A stretch of DNA of 64,000 nt from a virus (Duplodnaviria > Caudoviricetes). Below, piece by piece: positions 49,075-59,674 of the stretch. The DNA lies in the IMG/VR virus record IMGVR_UViG_3300037424_001021, positions 12,161 through 76,160 of that record. One strand, 5' to 3'. Both the position numbers and the translations under genes were made by a program. The notes under the pieces are model-generated. The model saw only the letters and a program-made list of their open reading frames with translations. It was not told where the DNA came from and searched no databases. Numbering within the stretch: the stretch's first letter is position 1; the number at the start of each line of letters is the position of its first letter.

Positions 49075-52000
49075 ATGAGCAATAAATATTTAATTGAAAA
49101 TAAAAGTACTCTAATTAAAGAAAAATTGCTGTCTCTTGCTGATAAACTAACAGGAGGTTATTCTCCTCGTAATTTTCAAACAAAAGAACAGTTAATGCAA
49201 GAAATTGTAAGTATTTTAACTATCTTTGCTAAAACTTTAAATAAACCAATTTTTACTGCGCCTGTGTTTCTTACAGGGGATATCGCTGATCCCAATTATT
49301 ATAATCAAGTTTTTAATAATATTTTGAAAGACTTAACTATTCTATTCACAGAAATAGAAAACCTAGAATCTGTAATAGTGAATAATTTTAATACAGGTAT
49401 AGTTGAGTCAAATCGGTTAACTGCTCGTCTTAAAACTATAGCGTCTTTGCTATCTGATTACATTTTGTATTCGAAAATTTCGACGAAAGATATTCAATAT
49501 TTTAGCGATAGTTTTAATGACTTATCTAAAATTGAAATCGAATCTGAACTTGCGAGAGCAGAGTATTGCTATGTGAATCACGACGAAGGCGTTGTTACTT
49601 TGCCTGTTGATCTAGAAAAAGAATCTCGAATAACTACAAGTTATGCTCCAGTTATAAACTCAAATTCAACAGGAATTATTGGAAATAATCAAGAATTGGA
49701 TGCAGATTATCACGGGAATATTCGAGATGTATTAGATAATAATCCTGACACTTGGTTTGAATATGAAAAAATCGTTTCAACAACAGATACAAATATTGAA
49801 CCTTTAATTTTAGACTTAACCATCAATCTAGATAAAGAACAAATTATCAACTTTATTAGAATTAACCCAAATAATTTCAATAATAAAACCGTTCTTCAGA
49901 TTGATAAAATTGAAATATCAACAGATGGAAAAATTTTCACAAGTATTAAAGAAGATATCCCAATTTCAAATTTTATCGATGATAATGAAGATACTACCTT
50001 TATCTTATCTTCATCTTCTTCGAAATATAATGGACAAGGACTTTACACATTTACTCCTAGACAAGTGAAGTTTATTCATTGCGTTTTTAGACAAGAACAA
50101 TCCTACCCAATTCAAACTTCATCTGGTGAAAAATTAAGATACGCAATAGGAATTAGAGATATCGATTTAAGAAATTTCACTTATAAAGAAGCAGGCGAAT
50201 TGATTTCTATTTTATTCTCTATGGAAGAAGAAATTAAAAAAGTTACTTTAGAAGTTAATCAAAATCCTGTTATTAATTCGGATTTAGTTACAATAGATTA
50301 TCTAATATCGCCTGATAATGGGCAGACTTGGAATACTATTTTACCTAATAGTGCCGATATATTGAATTACAATAGTTATGAAACTACTGCTATTCAAACT
50401 TCTGTTCCAGTTTATTCGTTAAGATTAAAAGCATTATTGTCTCGCAATAACGATGCTTTTAAAGAGGGTTCTTCGTTTTTCGCTAAAACTCAAATTCCGT
50501 TTACAGAATTATTTTCTATTTCAGATGATACTCCTATCGAACTAGAATTAAATAAATTCCCAATTCCACAAACTATGCAAGTTATAGACGCTCTTTACGG
50601 AAGCAGAGGCAAGAAAGATAATCAATATGTCATTGGAAAAGGAAAAACTGCTTATAGAATACCTTTTACTTTGCCTCGGGAATTTAAAAAAACAACAATC
50701 AGTGGTACGCCGAATCAATATAAAACTCGTCTTCTTCCGCAAGGAGAACAAATGCATGTTTTCGTAGGAGGCGAAGAATGGGCGCATACAGAAAATCTGT
50801 TATCAGATTATGCTGCAAATTATTCAACAGCAAGCCAATTTCGACTTTTTGCATTTGATGCATCTTCAGGAGTTTTATCTTTTGGCAATGGACTTAATAC
50901 AATGAGTCCTCCTAATGATGCTGAAGTTTCTTTTTATTTCGAAGAAGAGCATTTATTCCCATCTGCAGTTCAAAATATGCATAATGCCAAATTAGTTTTC
51001 CCATGTGGAGGCAATAAAGATCGGACAATTTTAAGATATTACGAAGAACCTGCATATATAATAGAAAAACTTCCTGAATTACAAACTGCTATATTGTTAC
51101 AGCATGGTCTGATTACTGATACAAGTCGCATAACGACCAGTTTAATTGCAAACGGATACATAACTCCACAAAATTATATCAATGGCATTGACGAACTTGT
51201 TACAGATACGGATTGGTCATTAGATAGCGAAAACGGAATATTGTATCTTCATACTGGTATTCCAGATGGAACAATTATTACAATCGATTATCTTTATCAA
51301 CCTGTAAAAGTAATTGACTCTAAGTTATGGAATTTCACCGATACTAATGAATTAGTGCAAGAAATTATTATTACCGAAGAAGGGTGGCAAACTACACAGG
51401 TAGAATATCAAGAAATTAGCGCAACTAACGCAACCCATATCAGAGAATTAGAACATTTTAATATCGTAAAAGGAAGTTTAGAATTTCTTTTACGAGATGC
51501 ATCGACTGAAACAGAAGTTGACGCCGATGAAGATCCTTTTTTAAAAGAAATCGATTTTATTGACGGTAAGACAGAGTTAGGACTCAATGTTAAAATGCAA
51601 TTACAAGCTATTGGATATGTAACTCCAGTAGATGGTATCATAGCCTTTCAATTAAAAAGTCCGATTTTAGAAGATCCACAATATGGAGTTAATTTTACTC
51701 CTGATAGTTTTAGAGAGTATTTTGAAACTGCAGACAATGATATTCCAACTTTAGATGGTCATTATTTCATAGATAGAGATCCTGATAGCAATACGTATGG
51801 AATGGTGTATCTTAAAAAGACTTTAACTTTTAATCAATGGGATAGTATAGCAAAATATGCAAAAGTAATGTATTTTACTGCAGTTAAACCAAAACCTGAC
51901 CAAGGATTATATTCAGTTGATTACCACAAAGGGATAGTTTACTCTCAACGTCCTATCCCAACAGGTAGCTGGATTTTATCTGCTAAATATCAGTATACAG

Positions 52001-52266
52001 ATTATAGATTAGAATATGATATAGCAAGATTAATTCCATCAACCGACTGGGTATACAATCAAGAAGATAACAAAATTGAAATTCAAGCTAATGAGATTTT
52101 AAATCAAAAATTATCTAATAAATTGGATGATCAAAAGTTATTTTATCAAGTAAATTATAAATATGTGGGAGAAACAGCAGAATCTATTGAATCTTTAAGA
52201 GACTATTTTACACCAGTGTTAAAAGATTATATTATAAAAGTGATTACAAAAGATAGGTTGATATAA
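49075..52266 (+). CDS. Large baseplate/fibre-network protein, paralogue 2
   Basis: Same N-terminal and C-terminal motifs; multiple [YWF]x[IV]DxxxG[IV] modules. Confidence 0.55.
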   Translation: MSNKYLIENKSTLIKEKLLSLADKLTGGYSPRNFQTKEQLMQEIVSILTIFAKTLNKPIFTAPVFLTGDIADPNYYNQVFNNILKDLTILFTEIENLESVIVNNFNTGIVESNRLTARLKTIASLLSDYILYSKISTKDIQYFSDSFNDLSKIEIESELARAEYCYVNHDEGVVTLPVDLEKESRITTSYAPVINSNSTGIIGNNQELDADYHGNIRDVLDNNPDTWFEYEKIVSTTDTNIEPLILDLTINLDKEQIINFIRINPNNFNNKTVLQIDKIEISTDGKIFTSIKEDIPISNFIDDNEDTTFILSSSSSKYNGQGLYTFTPRQVKFIHCVFRQEQSYPIQTSSGEKLRYAIGIRDIDLRNFTYKEAGELISILFSMEEEIKKVTLEVNQNPVINSDLVTIDYLISPDNGQTWNTILPNSADILNYNSYETTAIQTSVPVYSLRLKALLSRNNDAFKEGSSFFAKTQIPFTELFSISDDTPIELELNKFPIPQTMQVIDALYGSRGKKDNQYVIGKGKTAYRIPFTLPREFKKTTISGTPNQYKTRLLPQGEQMHVFVGGEEWAHTENLLSDYAANYSTASQFRLFAFDASSGVLSFGNGLNTMSPPNDAEVSFYFEEEHLFPSAVQNMHNAKLVFPCGGNKDRTILRYYEEPAYIIEKLPELQTAILLQHGLITDTSRITTSLIANGYITPQNYINGIDELVTDTDWSLDSENGILYLHTGIPDGTIITIDYLYQPVKVIDSKLWNFTDTNELVQEIIITEEGWQTTQVEYQEISATNATHIRELEHFNIVKGSLEFLLRDASTETEVDADEDPFLKEIDFIDGKTELGLNVKMQLQAIGYVTPVDGIIAFQLKSPILEDPQYGVNFTPDSFREYFETADNDIPTLDGHYFIDRDPDSNTYGMVYLKKTLTFNQWDSIAKYAKVMYFTAVKPKPDQGLYSVDYHKGIVYSQRPIPTGSWILSAKYQYTDYRLEYDIARLIPSTDWVYNQEDNKIEIQANEILNQKLSNKLDDQKLFYQVNYKYVGETAESIESLRDYFTPVLKDYIIKVITKDRLI

Positions 52267-52267
52267 A

Positions 52268-54520
52268 ATGAGTATTGCTGAAATTTATAAAAATTTATTA
52301 GTAAAAAAGCTAGTCAAAGAAAAACTAGAAAATAGCGAAACTTCTAATATCGACACTATTCAAGAAGAAATAACAAATGATATCGATACATTAGATTTAA
52401 CTAAACCTCAATTTATTGCAAATGATTATCATATAGCAATGAATGAAACTTCTTCTGCTAGTAAATTGAATGATACATTTGATTTTATTCAACAAGATCT
52501 AGAAGTACTCTATAAAGAATTAGAAATTTTAGGTCTACATTCCACAACTGCGTTTAATAAATGGCAACTTGAAATCGAAGGGTTAGAAAAACAAATTATC
52601 GATTTAGAAAGTAGAATTACGGAATTAAGATCTTTGATGCAAAAGAAAGATTACTATTTTACATTTTTAGATAATCTTTCAGATAACACGTATATAGATT
52701 ATGATAATACTACTGCTTTCTATAACTATAACTCAAGTTTTGTATCGTTAACCCCTTCTTCTTCGTCTAGAATTTATTTAGACAATTTAAATGAAAACAC
52801 AGATATATCTTTTAAATTAAGTTCAACTGTTAATTTTGTTAGTAGAATTGATGCTTTAAATAGTAAATTAATCAATCCATTTAAACAACAACAGATTGCT
52901 TGGTGGACAAGAATATCTATGTCTAAAAATATCCCTGTTACTGGAGAATTATGGATTAAATTAGGAGATGAGATAGTTGAATTAAATCATATATTTTTAT
53001 CTCTCATTGATTCAGCGAAGTCCTCGACTATTCAAATTACTCCAATGTATTCTGTTGATAATTATAATTATTTTCAATTACCCACGAATACATATACTCA
53101 AGAAGTGCGTTCAATCTGTACGTTCCAATGTGAAACAATCGAAGCGAAATATTTAAAATTTTATTTTACAAAAATTGGGGCAGACAGTATTACCGATAAA
53201 ACGTTTATATTCGAGTTTGGATTAAAAGAGATTGTTTTATATAATGATATCTATACTATAGATACGCCTGAAATTTTTATGTCAGATGTATTAATGTTCG
53301 AAGAAACAGTAGCAAGCGGAGAGTTACAACATTTTAACGAAGTAAGTTTAGAAACTTGCGAACGTATTGAAGTTGATACTTCGATACAATATGCAATAGC
53401 TGTAAGTGAGAACTCTATTATAGATCCCGAAACAGCAATTTGGCATCCAATTTCACCTAAAAATCACAATACGTTAGATGCCGCAAGTCGTTTAGTTTTT
53501 AATGAATTACCGTCGTTTGAAACAACAAGTGGAGAAATATCTCATTTACAGCCAGGAGAAGTATTTAATACATATCAAAATTTTACAGAAACTAATTATG
53601 GAACTCATTATAGTTTAATTCAAATTGACAATACTGATACAATTTTTAAAGAAGTAATAGAAAATATTTATCCTAGATATAATTTCATGAACTCTAATGA
53701 TCGAATTTTAAATTATCAAATCAAGTTATCAGCTAATAGTTTAGCTTGCGGTACAGGCAATCCATTGAAATTAGATGAACATAATATCGTTATTTATAGG
53801 AATTTAGGAGAAAAGGGTTTAAATCTCAATCTTGAGACTGCGTTAGTTAGAGGAGTTTCAAGAGGATGGGCTTTTAAAGAACCTTATTACAGTTGTATCA
53901 TCTATATTGCACAAGAAGAAGGTCTGACACTTTATATTGGAAGTCAGCCTATGATAGTAGATAATCGTTCATATACTGGCGTTGTTCCTGCAACTGTATT
54001 AACTGGAAAAACAAGTTTAACTAGTGGGTTACATACTGTTAAAGTGCATAAGAACAACTGGAAATATGTAACTATAGGTGCAACAGATATTGAAGAATTA
54101 CAGTCGTTTGATTCGCTTTATCCATATAATCATAAACTTTTAATAGAAGGATATAGTTATGACGCTGGATATCCAGCAGAGGATGAAAAAGTCTATATAG
54201 GTACTACTTTATTTGCCGAATATATAATGAAGAAAGTTAGTATTTATGATTTGTTTCATAACGTACCTGTAAATGGATATCGTTATTATGCATTAGAAAT
54301 AGGCGAACATGGGACTGACGCAGTTGATAGAGATTATTTTATTGTAACAAAAATAGACGAAAGTAATCCAGACTTTCAGAATGAACAGTTTATGGTAAAA
54401 TTATACGGAACCAATGTTAATTATACTGGATTACGTTATCTAAGATTGAAAGCAGAATTAGAAACAAGTAATGAATTAGTAACTCCAATCCTTGATTCTT
54501 ATAAGGTAATTTTGAGGTAA
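52268..54520 (+). CDS. Baseplate/fibre-network protein, paralogue 3
   Basis: KLNDTFDFIQQDLEVLYKE; ends YLRLKAELETSNELVTPILDSYKVILR. Confidence 0.55.
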   Translation: MSIAEIYKNLLVKKLVKEKLENSETSNIDTIQEEITNDIDTLDLTKPQFIANDYHIAMNETSSASKLNDTFDFIQQDLEVLYKELEILGLHSTTAFNKWQLEIEGLEKQIIDLESRITELRSLMQKKDYYFTFLDNLSDNTYIDYDNTTAFYNYNSSFVSLTPSSSSRIYLDNLNENTDISFKLSSTVNFVSRIDALNSKLINPFKQQQIAWWTRISMSKNIPVTGELWIKLGDEIVELNHIFLSLIDSAKSSTIQITPMYSVDNYNYFQLPTNTYTQEVRSICTFQCETIEAKYLKFYFTKIGADSITDKTFIFEFGLKEIVLYNDIYTIDTPEIFMSDVLMFEETVASGELQHFNEVSLETCERIEVDTSIQYAIAVSENSIIDPETAIWHPISPKNHNTLDAASRLVFNELPSFETTSGEISHLQPGEVFNTYQNFTETNYGTHYSLIQIDNTDTIFKEVIENIYPRYNFMNSNDRILNYQIKLSANSLACGTGNPLKLDEHNIVIYRNLGEKGLNLNLETALVRGVSRGWAFKEPYYSCIIYIAQEEGLTLYIGSQPMIVDNRSYTGVVPATVLTGKTSLTSGLHTVKVHKNNWKYVTIGATDIEELQSFDSLYPYNHKLLIEGYSYDAGYPAEDEKVYIGTTLFAEYIMKKVSIYDLFHNVPVNGYRYYALEIGEHGTDAVDRDYFIVTKIDESNPDFQNEQFMVKLYGTNVNYTGLRYLRLKAELETSNELVTPILDSYKVILR

Positions 54521-54523
54521 AAA

Positions 54524-55222
54524 GTGGCAGATACAAGATTAAGTAGTTTGACTCTCTCTTATATGCTTCGCAATATGCGCAAAAGAGCAGGTTTGTCATC
54601 AGACAAAATTAATGATTCTTTCACTGAAATTGGTCAAGACTTAAGCCAGTTATCTTCAGAATGGAATTCTTTTTTAATTCCACTTCTTTCTACTATTCCA
54701 GATGGAACGGATGATACAGATATTGATGCTTTTACCGAGGGATTGTCTGGAAAAACTATATACGTAGATGATACAGCGACTGCTATTCTGAATAGTGATT
54801 ATTACAATACCACTCTTTCTCGTCCAAATACTTGTCTTGAACAATTCAATGCAGTTTACGATTACGTAGACGAACAAGTTGCAGCCTCAGAACAATATAC
54901 TACAGTTGCTAAAACTGCATCCGATAACATTCTATCTACTCAAAGTGATACTGTTTTTTATAATTCTGGAATAGTTAAGCCAACTTTAACTCTACCATCT
55001 GGATCAGATGGAGAAGGGTTAAGTTATCTCTTTTATGTTACGAGTGCGACGGGATTACGTATTTCTGCACTGGCGGGGGATACAATAGCTCTTGGAGCAG
55101 ATACATCAGCAATAGCAGGCTATATCGAATCAACTACAGTGGGGAGTTCTGTTAGGTTAATAAATATTGCAGCAAATCAGTGGATTGCTATTTACTATAC
55201 AGGAAGCTGGTCAGTTGTATAA
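54524..55222 (+). CDS. Short fibre/tip protein
   Basis: N-terminal SSDKINDSF..DLSQL helix shared with upstream paralogues; C-terminal TLTLPSG..DTI..SVRLINIAANQWIAI beta domain typical of fibre tips. Confidence 0.5.
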   Translation: MADTRLSSLTLSYMLRNMRKRAGLSSDKINDSFTEIGQDLSQLSSEWNSFLIPLLSTIPDGTDDTDIDAFTEGLSGKTIYVDDTATAILNSDYYNTTLSRPNTCLEQFNAVYDYVDEQVAASEQYTTVAKTASDNILSTQSDTVFYNSGIVKPTLTLPSGSDGEGLSYLFYVTSATGLRISALAGDTIALGADTSAIAGYIESTTVGSSVRLINIAANQWIAIYYTGSWSVV

Positions 55223-55243
55223 TTACATTTAGTGGAGATTTAA

Positions 55244-55636
55244 ATGGCAAAAATCACAAAGAAAGTAGACCGCAATATTCCTGTTAGTTTACGTAGTCAG
55301 GAATTTTTAGATACAGATGCAGTTGAAGGAGATGTTCTTATGGTACAGGACTCTCTTGGCAAATATGCCTCTCAAGCAACTATCCGAGCAGTCGGAGGTT
55401 CTCTAAAAGTTAGATTCAATGTTTATCAAACAGTCTATCCTCGTCGTCAAAATGACTCTCTTCATGCCGAATATGCATTGAATTTAGCCAGTGGTCAAGA
55501 ATATAAAGTTGCCGGTGGAAGTACTGGAGATTTCATTGTCGAAACCAATACTACTCGTGAAGTAAATAGACGCTTTCCAATTAAAGATATTGAATTAGTC
55601 ACAGTATCAGGAAATTGGGACTTATTCGTTAGTTAA
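55244..55636 (+). CDS. Hypothetical beta-rich protein (last gene of the structural block)
   Basis: GGAG RBS; no family recognised. Confidence 0.55.
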   Translation: MAKITKKVDRNIPVSLRSQEFLDTDAVEGDVLMVQDSLGKYASQATIRAVGGSLKVRFNVYQTVYPRRQNDSLHAEYALNLASGQEYKVAGGSTGDFIVETNTTREVNRRFPIKDIELVTVSGNWDLFVS

Positions 55637-55679
55637 TTTCTCTTTCTTTTTTTTAAAAAAGAATATACAATACTTTTGA

Positions 55680-56747
55680 ATGGCAAAACTTCGTTTAAAC
55701 GAGAATGGAGTGCTAGTGTCCGACAATAGATTAAAAACTTTTTCAGTTTCACAAGCAAATCTTCATCCTCCAAAAAGAATTAAACAAATTGAAGCATTGA
55801 TTAAAACTCAACATCCTTCTATCTGTGTCATTAGAGGAGAAGGAATTGGAGATGTTTTAATGACAACTCCAACTATTCGAGCTTTATATCAAAAATTTCA
55901 TGGAAATATTTCAATTACTTATGCTACCAATCCGAAATATTTAGATGGAGCATTACTTAAAGTCCTTCAAGATAATCCTTATATTGAAAAAGTTATTGAT
56001 AGAGAAAATTTAAACGAAGAAGATTATGATGCAGTTGTGAATTTACACTGTCCCGCTATTGCTCACGAAAAACCAATGGCTCCTCCTGTTAATAGAATCG
56101 ATTTATTTGCGCAACACGCGGGAGTATATCCCTTAGCAGATACATCTTTAACCTATACAGTAACAGAAGAAGAAAAAACAGAAGCCAATGCTTTCTTAAA
56201 TAGTTTAGGATTAAATCCTGTCATGCAAACTATTATCATGATAAATCTATTTTCTTCATCCACTACTCGTTCGTTAGATAAACAAGTTGTATTAGATAGT
56301 TTAAAACAATTATCCAGTTTAAATATGAAATTATTACTTATTACTCATGATTCGGATTCTAATACCGCCTCTTCATTTAAAAATATTGCAAATTTACATA
56401 CTGTAAAAGGGAAAGATATCAGAGAGTTATCAGCTATTTTGACCCAAATTAATTTATTACTGTGTCCAGATTCTGCCTTATTACATGCAGCAGGAGCATT
56501 AAATATTCCAACTGTTGCATTGTTTGCCCCAACAGACCCAAGAGCAAGAGTAAATTACTATCCGAATGCTAAAGCAATTTGGGGAGGAGAAGGTTTAAAT
56601 GGGCATCCTCACTGGTATGAGGCTTGTCCATTTGGAGATATCTGCTGGAAAAGAATCAAAGTTGAAGATATCGTAAAAGCAGTAATGGAGAAATTAAATT
56701 CAATTCCAGTAAAAAATCAATCTATTATTTCAACAGATTTGGTTTAG
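55680..56747 (+). CDS. Glycosyltransferase family 9 (heptosyltransferase-like)
   Basis: RGEGIGDVLMTTPTIRAL, LLLCPDSALLHAAGALNIPTVALFAPTDP and C..IKVEDIV are GT9 signatures. Confidence 0.88.
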   Translation: MAKLRLNENGVLVSDNRLKTFSVSQANLHPPKRIKQIEALIKTQHPSICVIRGEGIGDVLMTTPTIRALYQKFHGNISITYATNPKYLDGALLKVLQDNPYIEKVIDRENLNEEDYDAVVNLHCPAIAHEKPMAPPVNRIDLFAQHAGVYPLADTSLTYTVTEEEKTEANAFLNSLGLNPVMQTIIMINLFSSSTTRSLDKQVVLDSLKQLSSLNMKLLLITHDSDSNTASSFKNIANLHTVKGKDIRELSAILTQINLLLCPDSALLHAAGALNIPTVALFAPTDPRARVNYYPNAKAIWGGEGLNGHPHWYEACPFGDICWKRIKVEDIVKAVMEKLNSIPVKNQSIISTDLV

Positions 56748-56758
56748 GAAGAAAAATC

Positions 56759-58015
56759 ATGCAAAATAAACTTAAGGTTCTTTTATGGGCTGATGCTCCA
56801 ATTACATTTACAGGTTATGGATTGGTCTGTAAAAATATTTGGCAACCTTTGCATCAAACAGAAAAATACGATATCAATCAGATTGCTATCAATTATCATG
56901 GAGCATTTTTTGATACAAAAGATTGTCCTTGGCAGTTAGTTCCTGCCAAATTAGGAAATCCTCAAGACCCTTATGGAACACAGATGTTCTTAGATTCTGT
57001 GCATAAAAATGATTATGATTTAATTTGGATTATAAATGATTCATTTATAGCAGCCAAAGCTACCGAAGGTTTAAAAGAAATTTTTGCAAAAAGGCGGGAA
57101 AGTAATAAAAAGATTCCTAAAATAATCTATTATTACCCAGTAGATTGTAGACTTAAAAAAGAACATTGCAGTATGATTGAATTCGCAGATATGTCAATTG
57201 CTTATGCTAAATACGGATATGAGGAAACTATAAAAGTATTACCTGAATTAAAAGATAAAATCAAAATCATTCATCATGGGGTCAATACTTCAAAATACTT
57301 TCCATACAGTAAATCTATAATTGCAAAATTAAAAAAAGAACTTTTTTCTTTAGAAGAAAATGACTATCTTATTGTGAATGTAAATCGAAATACGATGAGA
57401 AAACAACTCTTTAGAACCCTATTGGCTTTTGCAGAATTTCGAAAAAAAGTACCAAAGTCTTTTCTATATCTGCATACAAATCCAATAGATAGAGGAATCA
57501 ATCTATTAGAATGCATGGAACATCTAGATTTAAAATTAAATAAAGATGTTTTCTTTCCTCCAAATTATTCTCCTACTAATGGATATCCAGATGAAACCTT
57601 AAATCAACTAATGAATTGTGGAGATTTATTTCTCACGACTTCTGTAGGCGAAGGAGCTGGACTAGGAGATCTTCAAGCAATGGCTTGTGGAATTCCATTT
57701 GTCGGACCAGATGATTCTGTTAGACCAGAATTTTTTGGAACCAAAAGAGGATATTTGTATCCAACTAAAGAGCAGACGTATATAGATCTTTCTGGCCTCC
57801 GCAAGATTGGTTTGATTTCTGATATAGTAGAACAGATGTTAAAAGTATATAATAATGGTTGGAAACACGATGATCCAAAAGTTATCACAGCACGTAAATG
57901 GATTGAAGCAAACGACTGGTCTATTATTCATAAGCAATGGGAAGATGTTATAGAAAAGACACTAATGAATTCAGACGAGTATATCAAGTCTATGGTATTA
58001 GGAGAAATGCTATGA
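56759..58015 (+). CDS. Glycosyltransferase family 4 (GT-B)
   Basis: FTGYGLV, IIHHGVN, VNRNTMRKQ, DLFLTTSVGEGAGLGDLQAMACGIP. Confidence 0.88.
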   Translation: MQNKLKVLLWADAPITFTGYGLVCKNIWQPLHQTEKYDINQIAINYHGAFFDTKDCPWQLVPAKLGNPQDPYGTQMFLDSVHKNDYDLIWIINDSFIAAKATEGLKEIFAKRRESNKKIPKIIYYYPVDCRLKKEHCSMIEFADMSIAYAKYGYEETIKVLPELKDKIKIIHHGVNTSKYFPYSKSIIAKLKKELFSLEENDYLIVNVNRNTMRKQLFRTLLAFAEFRKKVPKSFLYLHTNPIDRGINLLECMEHLDLKLNKDVFFPPNYSPTNGYPDETLNQLMNCGDLFLTTSVGEGAGLGDLQAMACGIPFVGPDDSVRPEFFGTKRGYLYPTKEQTYIDLSGLRKIGLISDIVEQMLKVYNNGWKHDDPKVITARKWIEANDWSIIHKQWEDVIEKTLMNSDEYIKSMVLGEML

Positions 58016-59124
58016 AAGTAAGTTATATCTCGGCATTAGCTGATGTCTCTGGATACGCAGAAGCAGCAAGAAATTATGTAGCAGCTCTGTTATCTGTTGG
58101 TGTTAATATTGAAACTGTTCCTATTAGTTTTGAAAACTTCAAGTTAGATTTAGGATCATTAGGAAATAAAATCAAGAAACTTGCTGTTCAAAATCCTACT
58201 GGAGATATAAATCTTATTCATACGACCCCGCCTGTTTTTAAAAAATATATTAATAAATCAAAAATAAATATTGGATTTACGACTTGGGAAACTTCAAGTT
58301 TACCTAAAAGTTGGGTTACTGAAATTAATGAGTTAGATGCAGTTATAGTTCCCTGTTCTTATAATGTAGAAGTATTTAAAAGTTCAGGAGTGACTATTCC
58401 TATTCATCGTATTCCTCATACTTTTGACGATAAACTAATTACTGAAAATCCTTTAACTCTTCAACATCTCAATCCAGATGATTATGTTTTTTATGCAATT
58501 AGTCAATGGACTGTAAGAAAAAACTTTTTATCAACATTAAAAGCATATTTAACAGAATTTAAACAAGAAGAAAAAGTCGCACTTATTGTTAAAACCTATT
58601 TAACAACTCCAGGTTCTCAAACAGAAAAAGAAAAATTAAAACAAGCAATTCAAGATGTAAAAGCTAAACTTTATCTTCCCTCTTATCCTAAAATCCTTCT
58701 CGTTTCCGAAATGCTTTCTCGTCAACAAATGATTCAACTTCATCGAAGAGGAAATTGTTGTCTTTCTTTTCATGCATCTGAAGGGTTCGGTTTATCAATG
58801 GCAGAAGCTATGCTTGCAGGCAATCCTGTTATTGCAACAAACTATGGTGGTTCAACTGACTTTTTAACTAAAGATACTGGTTTTCCTATTGCCTATCAAT
58901 TGACTCCAGTGTTTGGAATGCCTTGGGAAAACTACAAAGGAACTGACAACTGGGCAGATATAAATATCATTGACGCCAAAGAAAAAATGCGGTATTGTTT
59001 TGAACATCAACAAGAAGCAAAGCAAATTGGATTCCAAGGAAAAGAATTTATACACAAGAATTTTTCATATGAAGTAGTTGGTAATCAATTTAAACAAGTT
59101 TTAGAACAAGTAAGAAAAAAGTAA
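58012..59124 (+). CDS. Glycosyltransferase family 4 (GT-B)
   Basis: SGYAEAAR, FTTWET, RKN, HASEGFGLSMAEAMLAGNPVIATNYGG; ATGA overlap puts the start at 58012. Confidence 0.88.
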   Translation: MKVSYISALADVSGYAEAARNYVAALLSVGVNIETVPISFENFKLDLGSLGNKIKKLAVQNPTGDINLIHTTPPVFKKYINKSKINIGFTTWETSSLPKSWVTEINELDAVIVPCSYNVEVFKSSGVTIPIHRIPHTFDDKLITENPLTLQHLNPDDYVFYAISQWTVRKNFLSTLKAYLTEFKQEEKVALIVKTYLTTPGSQTEKEKLKQAIQDVKAKLYLPSYPKILLVSEMLSRQQMIQLHRRGNCCLSFHASEGFGLSMAEAMLAGNPVIATNYGGSTDFLTKDTGFPIAYQLTPVFGMPWENYKGTDNWADINIIDAKEKMRYCFEHQQEAKQIGFQGKEFIHKNFSYEVVGNQFKQVLEQVRKK

Positions 59125-59125
59125 A

Positions 59126-59674
59126 ATGGCAAAGTTTAATTTCCTAAATAATCAACAGCCTTCTGAGTTTTTTAAAAGATTGTTAGTAGAACAACCTAAA
59201 TTAAATTTAGGAAGTAATAAAGATTTTAGAGAAAATTTTCTAGATATTGATATATTAGATTTCGAAGATTTAGATATTCAAGCAGATATTGCAAATCTGT
59301 ATTTTATTCCAGATGACTCTATTGAAGAAATTTTAGCATATGACGTCCTTGAACATTTTTCTTTTACACAAACTTCTAAAATCTTACATCATTGGTTTTC
59401 TAAACTAAAATCAAAAGGGAAGATAATTATTAGAGTGCCAGATTTGAAATTAATTTCTCAAAAATTAATTCATCAAGAATTGCCAGTTTTCGAAGCACAA
59501 CGTCTTATTTATGGAGGACAAGATTATATATATAATTTTCATTCAGCAGGTTTTACAGGAGATTCTCTCGAAGGACTATTAAGAGGTGTAGGATTTTCAG
59601 AAATTATTCAACGAATTTATGGTGAAAATGAAATTCCTATAAGTCATAATGTAACTTTAGTAGCTTTAAAATGA
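59126..59674 (+). CDS. Class I SAM-dependent methyltransferase (minimal, Methyltransf_11-like)
   Basis: KLNLGSN, DIQADI, SIEEILAYDVLEH, LKSKGKIIIRVPD. Confidence 0.75.
   Translation: MAKFNFLNNQQPSEFFKRLLVEQPKLNLGSNKDFRENFLDIDILDFEDLDIQADIANLYFIPDDSIEEILAYDVLEHFSFTQTSKILHHWFSKLKSKGKIIIRVPDLKLISQKLIHQELPVFEAQRLIYGGQDYIYNFHSAGFTGDSLEGLLRGVGFSEIIQRIYGENEIPISHNVTLVALK

Larger units (their letters stand above)
1..55636 (+). other. Head-neck-tail-baseplate morphogenesis module of a large contractile-tailed phage
   Basis: Co-oriented, tightly packed ORFs in canonical order: portal, protease, capsid, neck, sheath, tube, chaperones, hub, spike, wedge. Portal and capsid exclude a stand-alone contractile injection system. 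Confidence 0.93.

Noticed and set aside
57937-58011. ORF-track upstream extensions (57937; also 12424, 19278, 38034)
   Set aside because: They overlap the previous gene; downstream ATGs fit coupling, an RBS or the paralogue alignment better.
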